Source: Tubulanus polymorphus (Eukaryota; Animalia; Nemertea). Taken from it: DNA of 64,000 bases. Under the pieces are notes generated by a model, which was given only the letters and a program-made list of their open reading frames with translations, made no database searches and was not told where the DNA came from. The stretch is taken from positions 11,844,088 through 11,908,087 of the forward strand of contig NC_134031.1 of assembly GCF_964204645.1 (NCBI RefSeq), in the 5' to 3' direction. Made by a program: the position numbers and the translations under genes. This document shows, one piece after another, positions 58,038 through 64,000 of this stretch; the stretch's first letter is position 1, and every line of letters begins with the position of its first letter.

Positions 58038-58323
58038 TCTTATCGGCTCAATTTAGGATAGGAATTATGATAAAATGAAATGGAGTAAGTCAAGCCTATG
58101 TCCGAAAAACACAAAAATATAAATTATGTTCACAAAACGGTTATAAAATATAGGTCACAGCATGTATCGGGCGAAATACTACTGCTGGATTCCTTCAATA
58201 TACCAGATAGATCTAATTATAGGCCTATTTCTGTTCGTTTAGGGCCGGCCGGGACACTAAAATAAAGAATTTAGTGACGCTTCACAAAAATAGCTTCAAC
58301 ACCACAAATAGGTTCAATTTTCA

Positions 58324-58341
58324 ATCCCACCGCTGCCACCA
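58324..58341 (-). promoter_or_regulatory. PBS, tRNA-Leu-like
   Basis: TGGTGGCAGCGGTGGGAT adjacent to the LTR end. Confidence 0.8.
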
Positions 58342-58342
58342 A

Positions 58343-58502
58343 TGTAATAGTATTGCCTCTATTGTGTGTGTGACAATAGAGCACAAATAAATCCTTTAAA
58401 GAAACGGATCACGATCGATTGAACACTAACAAAAGATAGTAACCACTTGCCTCCGTTTTATTCACACCGGAGAGAGAGCTTCTTCCGGTCTCCACAGTTA
58501 CA
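58343..58502 (-). repeat. Gypsy 5' LTR (~160 bp)
   Basis: TGTAA...TTACA termini; AATAAA on the minus strand. Confidence 0.7.
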
Positions 58503-58696
58503 CTATATTGAGGCGCATGGACTCGAACACTAAACGACGGAACCGGACTATGATAAACCCGGCCCATCACACCAGCAACAGTTATGTGTTTTTAAACCAA
58601 CTTGTTTAGTACTGTAGTTAGATAAAAATGGAATTATTTAATCATTCATAATTAAACTTCTTTGATAATTGCTTGATCTTTCTGAAATATTTATAT

Positions 58697-59850
58697 TGTT
58701 GGGAATTACGATTAAACTAACGTTGTTAATATCGTATTATGTAAGGATTATCTTTTCACACTTCACACATGTTCATTTAACTAACTTTAGCGGGGCTTCC
58801 TATATAATGTCGAACTATGTAAAAATAAAATCAGAATTCTTCATATAACACAGAAGAAGAGTCTGTCTCTGGTCTTTTATCGTATTCGAGTCGGATTCAT
58901 TTCCAACATTTGTGCCGTGACCAGGATGGAACGAGACAGATTGGTGAAATCGAGAGCTGCATACACGGGCCAAGTGACGACACTTTTTGCAGATCATCAG
59001 ATAATAGAACAAGGCGGAGAGATGGTAGATGAAACGAAAAGGATTGGACTCAAGGCATGTCTCCAGACACTATCTAAGAAGATTGACATCAAACAGGAGC
59101 TGGACGCGCAGATTCTTAATCTGACTGACACCGAAGCTTTGGAAGCAGCACTCATGGAATATGACGCCTACATGGATATACTCAAGCAACGAAAATTAAA
59201 GCTGGGTAAGTTAATCGACTCGCTTTAAAATTGGAATCGCTTGCCTTCTGCTTTGAAACCAAATGCAAAACATTTACAAACTCAAGAACTAATTCTAGAC
59301 TTCTGAAATTGACTCTACCTAAATTTTTGGTGATATTGTTGATTTTCCCGCATTTTTTCTGCAACTATCAATCAAGACTTGTATCTATCATAAACTATTT
59401 GGAATCTGTTTTATTCGGGGATGCTATGAAAGTTGTGAATGGTTTAACTTTAATTGTTGAAAATTACTCGATAACTTTTGCATGATAGATATGGTCAAGA
59501 ATTCAAAGTTATCGATGCTCAGGCCTATTTGAAATCTTTACTGGATCTTAAACCACCGTTGGGATGTTTAGCGAGTGTTCGTGATTTTTATGATTCTATC
59601 AAAAAGTGCATTAGGGGATTGGCAGCATACGGAAAAGAGTCTAAAATATTCAGCGATTTTGTTACGCCAGTTATAGTTCTTAAAATACCATCGAATATCC
59701 TAGGAAATATTTCCTGGGGAATGGGGGAACTTTAGATATGTCATTAAATAGTTTGCGTTCTTTCCCGAAGTGTTTAGCGCAAACTCAAAGTCGGTAATGA
59801 CATTAGATAGCAGACCTGCATCGGCAAATGCACTTCTAACTGATATTTAA
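58697..59850 (+). mobile_element. Second BEL/Pao remnant (LTR 58697-58908, PBS, decayed gag)
   Basis: TGTTGG...CCAACA, TGTGCCGTGACCAGGAT, gag similar to 5723; DUF1759-like YL.S.L.GDA..VV.GL...ENY. Confidence 0.8.
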
Positions 59851-60699
59851 GGGCAAATCAGTCAAAATGGAACTTTCCGCAATATCTTAACGAGAAGAAA
59901 CTAGTATATATATATAACGACCTGAGATCTGACTGACCGAAAAAACTCTCGAATGAGCCGTAAATTAGTCATTTATTTATCCTTCACTCTGTGCGTATAG
60001 TTCGCATACAACCCACGGATCTATGACAATGAACACAAGCATGAGTGCGCGCGAGTATGCATAGCTATTCACAGAGATTACAATGCTGCTCACTAATATA
60101 CCATTATCTTGGAGTGTGTGCAATGTGTCGCACCTGTCGAGACGTATAGAACAGCGGACTGGTAGATCACATCAAAATGCTTGCTGAATGTCATATTTTA
60201 CTTCGTTTGATTTGTATGAAATAAACCATCATACGTGAGTCGTCACATGGACATATCTAGTTTCGTTAGTGCACGTCTAATAATCTTGAAAAATAAAGTT
60301 TTTTTCGTTCCGAGATGCCTAGTAGCGCAATCTCCGGTATGTTGAAATCGCTAGAACTAGATTAAAAACCTGTTTGAAGTGATCAACTGCGTACACAATA
60401 CATTTATCTGGTTAGGAAATACTGCCCGGATAAAGATCCGAATGAGGACTTGACAATAAAGTTCCAACAGGTAAACAAAGCTTAACTGACGAACGAAAAA
60501 TTGACTAACGAAAAATCCTGAAAAATGAATCAGAAAGCAAATTTCGCAGGTCGTCGTCTTCATCTACCCTGGTAACAATCAATGAGAAAACTATGTCGGT
60601 AGTGGTCGAGATAAAAACTGACCATGTCCTGCCACTGTTGCGATTATTCAGAGAAAGTTATGGTGACCCAATCAATTGTGGAAACCTTAGATAACACTT

Positions 60700-62880
60700 C
60701 AAAACGACATATGATGACATCTTCGGTATCATACACATAGCCGTATAAAAAGGATAGAAAAACACAAAAAAACCCATAAGTGCATGTGCCGGGAAATTCT
60801 TTTCTGCTTTTGGTTAGTGAGCAGCTGCCGGGTATACTCAATAAACTTGCCCAGAAAATTGACAAACCTTTATCACCAAATGATGCAAAGAAGAAACCGA
60901 AGAGCAGCTGTTTATTTTCACAAAGTCAGACGACGATGACATGCTGCAATGTTCCCTTTGTGACTCCTGGACTCATAACTGCTGCTCTGCGCTGAATTGC
61001 GATTATGTACAGAAGCTCTCAGCTAACCTAGATGAAATTCACATCTGTCCTAAGTGTAGACCTACCATCTGTGACACTGAATTACCTTCCTTTCCGGATG
61101 GAAATGATGTATGTAACAACTAGGATTTTCAGTGCACTCGGGAACTAGCTCGTCAAAATAAATCCAAAGTCATCAATTCCATCTTGATAAAATATCTTTT
61201 ATTCAAATGCTTGGTCGGCTTCCGACCGACCGCAACAACTGCTCAGTACAAACCGCCTACTAAAAGTGTGCGTTGTGTCCCTCATTCTGTTTCAACTGAC
61301 TCTTATATCTATATATATATATATATATTCCTGCATAGTAACAAAAACTTAGGTATGAAAAACAAAGGTGACAGACAGTGAGTAGACAATTTGAGCAACA
61401 ACATGCCATAAACAAAGACAGAAAGAACATATGACTAATTACTTTACAAACACGACTAACAAATACATTTCTAAACAAAACAACAAGTTGCTATAATGAT
61501 CCTGCCGTGCCTACAGCCACTATCTCTATAGGTACACAACATGATGGCCGTGCCGTTGTTCTGGATGCAAGCCAGCTGGAAATGTTTCAATGGCTTCAGT
61601 CCTCAGTCATCAATTTATGCCAGCAAGTAGAAAAATGTGCGAAAAAATGTGATCTCAAACTCATTTTGGATAAAGTGAATAACTCAATAGAGTGAATTGA
61701 CAATTTAGCGTAGAATTGTGGAATTATTCCTGAGCTACAAACTATGAAAAAAGTATGATGACAAACAGTGACCGCAATGAATCACACATTAAAGAAATCC
61801 TGAAATGTACCAAAGCGCTCACCAAATCAAGTCACCTTTAATCGGAACTGTGCTTGGTTAAGGAAGGAAGCCTTGGAAGAGGGAGATGCTACTATTGTGG
61901 AACTGATTGAAAATATCGAATCGTATCGTGTAGACAACTCCGAAACCATAGATGAATTATCATTTCTGCAGTGTGTTAATAAGATAAAACAAAGCATTGC
62001 TCCCGTGTGGCTCCTGACGATAACATTGTTAGGGTCATGGTAACCCATGATATTAACAATAACGAAACACCCGCCAAGTACCATGATGCGCATGAGACTC
62101 GCGACGGGTCTATTAACTCTGTATTCAACGATCGGGATTCCGCATATTCTGACAACTACAAGTGAGATCGTCGACGAAACAATAGGCACAAACATATAGT
62201 TATTGCAGGTGATTCAAACCTTAGGTATGAGGATGAAAGTCGTTTCATCAGAGACCAATGTTTTGTAGAAAAGTATGCGGCGTTCACCATGGCAGAATCG
62301 CGGGATGTGATAAGGGAATTGCACGATGAACCCGATTGTATCGTTTTACATGTAGGTACCAACGATATAAAGAACACCGGTTGCACCAACAAATGTGTTT
62401 TGGAAATGACCGATCTTGCGAATTTTGTGAAAAGCAAATTCCCATGTTCAAAGCTTGTGTCTTTCGTTCGATTCGATCACCACCATTTGGATGTACAATC
62501 TCGACTATTCAATGCTACAGTTGAATCAATAGCTGCTGACGATAACTCAACTTTAACATGTCGTCATGAAAATCTCAACAACAGAAGACTCTGCTGACCG
62601 TATCCATCTAAGTCGAAATGATGGTGTAAGCCTCTTTCTTTGCCAGGTACCTGGTAGTCGCAGCTCGAAAATCGTTGGACCTTTTTACGCCGAAACGTGT
62701 TGGGAAATAACATGATCGAATCATCAAACATACTTCAGATATGTATATGGAATGTGCATGGTCTGAATAATCAGCTTGGAAACAAGCTGATGGACAGCTT
62801 TGCCGAAAACAAATAAAACCGTATGATATAATCTGTCTTCAAACACACTAAGATCATGATGCTTGTAATATAGAACAAGT
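60700..62880 (+). mobile_element. Decayed CR1/L2-like LINE: ORF1 (PHD finger, SGNH esterase-like) and start of the APE endonuclease (boundaries approximate)
   Basis: QCSLCDSWTH..C...ICPKC; IAGDSN, IVLHVGTND, D.IHL; ICIWNVHGL at ~62740. Confidence 0.7.
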
Positions 62881-63019
62881 CAATACGTGGCCATGATATA
62901 TAGTTTATTCTCACCACACTCTATGGCAGCACCTGCCAGTAAAAATACATTACATCCTCCTTAAGTATAAAGAATACACCTAATGCAAAATTATATGTAC
63001 CACTAGAGTTATACATCTA

Positions 63020-64000
63020 ATCAGTCGCTCCGCTCCCAATTGATTTAATTTCAATACGCAATATAATAGATTTAATCATCTAATCTAATCATATATCTAA
63101 TAAATCTAATAATATTAATTATTCTGTTAATTATTACCTAGGAATACACACGACTATGAAAATATATTAAAGTTTGGAATTAAAATGACCTTTATGTTGG
63201 TTTTTTTAATTCACTCAACCTTTCAACCTCTGATGTAGAACAACACATTTACAATTACTCTAATATTTATATATGAAAATCATATTTATGAATAATATAT
63301 AATGAAATCAATTTCAATAAAAAATTTATGTAATAAATGGAGAGGGAACAAGTATACAGTGAGAGCAACAAACCATTCTTAGATAGAATTAAAGTTACTA
63401 GAAATGCTAAATCTGTAGATTATGAATTTTAAAAGCTAACAGAATAAACAATTCATAAGAAATATTTAATTACTAATATTGAAACAACTACTATAAATAG
63501 TGTAATAAATTAATAATTCATCAAGAAGATGAAGGATTGAAAGGTAATAAGTATAAATTCAGAACACGTTTACCAAATAGATTTCATAGATTATCTAGTG
63601 AAGATCTAGTAGAAGTATGATCTGGTGATTTCGATTTTATAAATTAAGGTAAGAATGAAAAAGGGCGACATGATATAGATTTCAAATAAACAATATGTAA
63701 AATCAATTTTGATAAAAATTTAATATAATTGATGGAACCAAATAAGAAGAACTACTCTCCACATGTAAACACAATATAGATTAATCTCCAAAAGCAAGAC
63801 ATAATACAACTAAAACACATTTAGAAAATAAATTAAAATTAGAATATAAAGATTATATGTTAGAAACTAAATTAGAAAAATTGAAGAATGAAAAAGAACT
63901 ATATAAATGTGTTACATGTAATCAATCATTCAGTAACAAAAGATATTATGAGCAAAATTTAAAATCTAAAAGTCATATTAGAAATATTAATAATGATATT
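63020..64000 (+). mobile_element. Polinton-D fragment: inner arm of the terminal hairpin, decayed SSB-like gene (63337-63689), start of the pPolB Zn-finger region (63732 onward)
   Basis: CGCTCCGCTCCCAATTGATTT...TATGAAAATATATT resembles the reverse complement of 25148-25345; FLDRIK and THLENKLKLEY motifs. Confidence 0.8.

Larger units (their letters stand above)
53487..58502 (-). mobile_element. Gypsy LTR retrotransposon (5' LTR, gag, protease, RT, RNase H, integrase N-terminus), decayed
   Basis: CHACGQAGHYSRDC knuckle, LIDTGA, SAWASPIVL..K.DG.LRLCCDYR, YLDD, LDCDAS, H...H Zn-binding region; RT-RH-IN order. Confidence 0.95.

Overview
AT-rich eukaryotic DNA, most likely from an invertebrate animal, made almost entirely of nested mobile elements. 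A Gypsy LTR retrotransposon (minus strand, 1-664 plus 53487-58502) is split by a 52.8-kb Polinton/Maverick (adintovirus-like) insertion, Polinton-A (671-53486), with ~85-bp TIRs and a 6-bp TSD (CCTTTG). Inside A lie a BEL/Pao retrotransposon, two copies of a related Polinton family in inverted orientation (B 8796-25554 and C 30117-47527; pPolB, chromo-integrase, A32-like ATPase, major and minor capsid, several small membrane proteins, HNH nuclease), tandem repeats and a Merlin/ISXO2 transposase. To the right of the Gypsy are a second BEL remnant, a decayed CR1/L2-like LINE and the start of a fourth Polinton (D). Main findings: (1) a full LAGLIDADG intein at the catalytic YFD|TDS site of the pPolB of A, with intein-free alleles in B and C; (2) 270-400-nt fold-back hairpins at the termini of B/C whose mismatches favour folding of the 3'-terminal strand; (3) a ~310-nt GC-rich, G-U-rich structured RNA candidate with a TATA box and T4 terminator in A; (4) poxvirus-like TAAATG promoter architecture; (5) a repeat-delimited cassette region near the right terminus; (6) reverse-complementary 6-bp flanks that point to an inversion swapping element ends. 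Most copies are decaying (stops, frameshifts). All calls are by eye; no searches were run.
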